Shown in pieces: positions 63,057 to 64,000 of a DNA stretch of 64,000 bases (the stretch's first letter is position 1; each line of letters starts with the position of its first letter). Source of the stretch: Gammaproteobacteria bacterium (lineage in GTDB: Bacteria > Pseudomonadota > Gammaproteobacteria > Eutrophobiales > Eutrophobiaceae); NCBI GenBank assembly GCA_965222155.1, contig CBDCTH010000012.1:2208001-2272000 (forward strand), given 5' to 3'. The position numbers and the translations under genes were made by a program. The notes under the pieces are model-generated. The model saw only the letters and a list, made by a program, of their open reading frames with translations. It ran no database searches and had not been told where the DNA came from.

Positions 63057-64000
63057 TTAGGTTGATTTACACTGTTCATGTTCAATAGCTTGCTTCCTCA
63101 GTTCGGTATACTCCGCCCCATAAAGCAATATCGTAATGGAAAATTTATGACCTTTCCCCTCCAGCCACTTTTTCAGACAACCACGCATTGTCGGATTTTT
63201 CTCAAGCTCCTTTTCTAATTCTTCGGTCCAAGTATCCGGTCTGTAGTGTGACTCTAACTGTATAATTCCCTCATACGCGTCCCTAGAAAGAATGTCTATA
63301 CATAACTTGAGTGCTCGCTCATAACTAGAATTCTTAGGATCATTAGCACGCATAGTAAGTAGTACCATGCAAGAATTTCGTATATAATTTTTATTTAAGA
63401 CCGCTTTAACCATATCCTTTACCGCTCTGGCAATTTCTTTTGCCGCATCAGCCCTTAACTCTACATGATGGATAGAACTACTGAATCGTCCGGAACTGGT
63501 TGCATTTGCTTTCGGTTTATCTTCCTTATCCTGCTCCTCAGATTCTGCCTTTCCGGTTATAAGAATTTGTCTTGGCACAACTGCACCAGTCAGTTGCTCG
63601 ATTGCTAAAATTACCGCCATAAGGTCTAGGCTTCGTCCCAGAAGGGCCACGGCCTGGATTTCGTTGATAGCTCCGTTTGAGTATGCTTCGCATATGCGAT
63701 AAAGCGCATCGCGCATCAACGTGATGGATTGTGTACGTAAACCGATACTCCCTGTGGAACTTTGTAATGCTTGTGCAATAGAAATCTCCCTTTCACTCGG
63801 ACCGGTTGCACTTAAACCCAGAGACGATGCATACGCTGCAAGCGCATCGGGACTGGGTTCAGCGCAATACTTTTGAAGGCCATTAAAGACTACAAGCCTT
63901 TGTTGTGCATCCAAATGAATTGCTTTGCCAACGCCTTTATCCTGATAGCTCGGTATATCTGTATGTCGACCAATTGTGTGTAAATTTGCACAACCAGTAA
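63057..64000 (-). CDS. Hypothetical lipoprotein; start lies beyond the window
   Basis: Frame is open to the edge with a TGCANL lipobox-like motif; CAEPSPDAL and RTQSITLMRDALYRICEAY. Confidence 0.75.
   Translation of the reverse strand, partial: TGCANLHTIGRHTDIPSYQDKGVGKAIHLDAQQRLVVFNGLQKYCAEPSPDALAAYASSLGLSATGPSEREISIAQALQSSTGSIGLRTQSITLMRDALYRICEAYSNGAINEIQAVALLGRSLDLMAVILAIEQLTGAVVPRQILITGKAESEEQDKEDKPKANATSSGRFSSSIHHVELRADAAKEIARAVKDMVKAVLNKNYIRNSCMVLLTMRANDPKNSSYERALKLCIDILSRDAYEGIIQLESHYRPDTWTEELEKELEKNPTMRGCLKKWLEGKGHKFSITILLYGAEYTELRKQAIEHEQCKST

Overview
This looks like gammaproteobacterial chromosome. Core blocks (pyrG-kdsA-eno-ftsB-ispD-ispF; rng-yhdP) are interleaved with nutrient-scavenging genes (1-17 kb), a sigma54 two-component pair, an L,D-transpeptidase followed by an ExbB/ExbD-like trio, and a zinc-uptake pair. 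The main feature is a defence hotspot at about 33.0-51.6 kb. It holds a complete type I-C CRISPR-Cas operon, with an RHH/RelE toxin-antitoxin pair (toxin has a nonsense codon) between cas7 and cas4. The array has 28 repeats and is cut off by an IS21 element. Two AAA_14/DUF4143 ATPases, each with palindromic operator-like sites, bracket the locus. Outside them lie relics of two other CRISPR subtypes: a type I-G csb2 fragment and a solitary type I-E repeat. Several spacers target the same site in diverged variants of one invader. The window also has many short gene scars and several palindromic MITE/REP-like families. All family calls come from motifs recognised by eye; no database searches were run.
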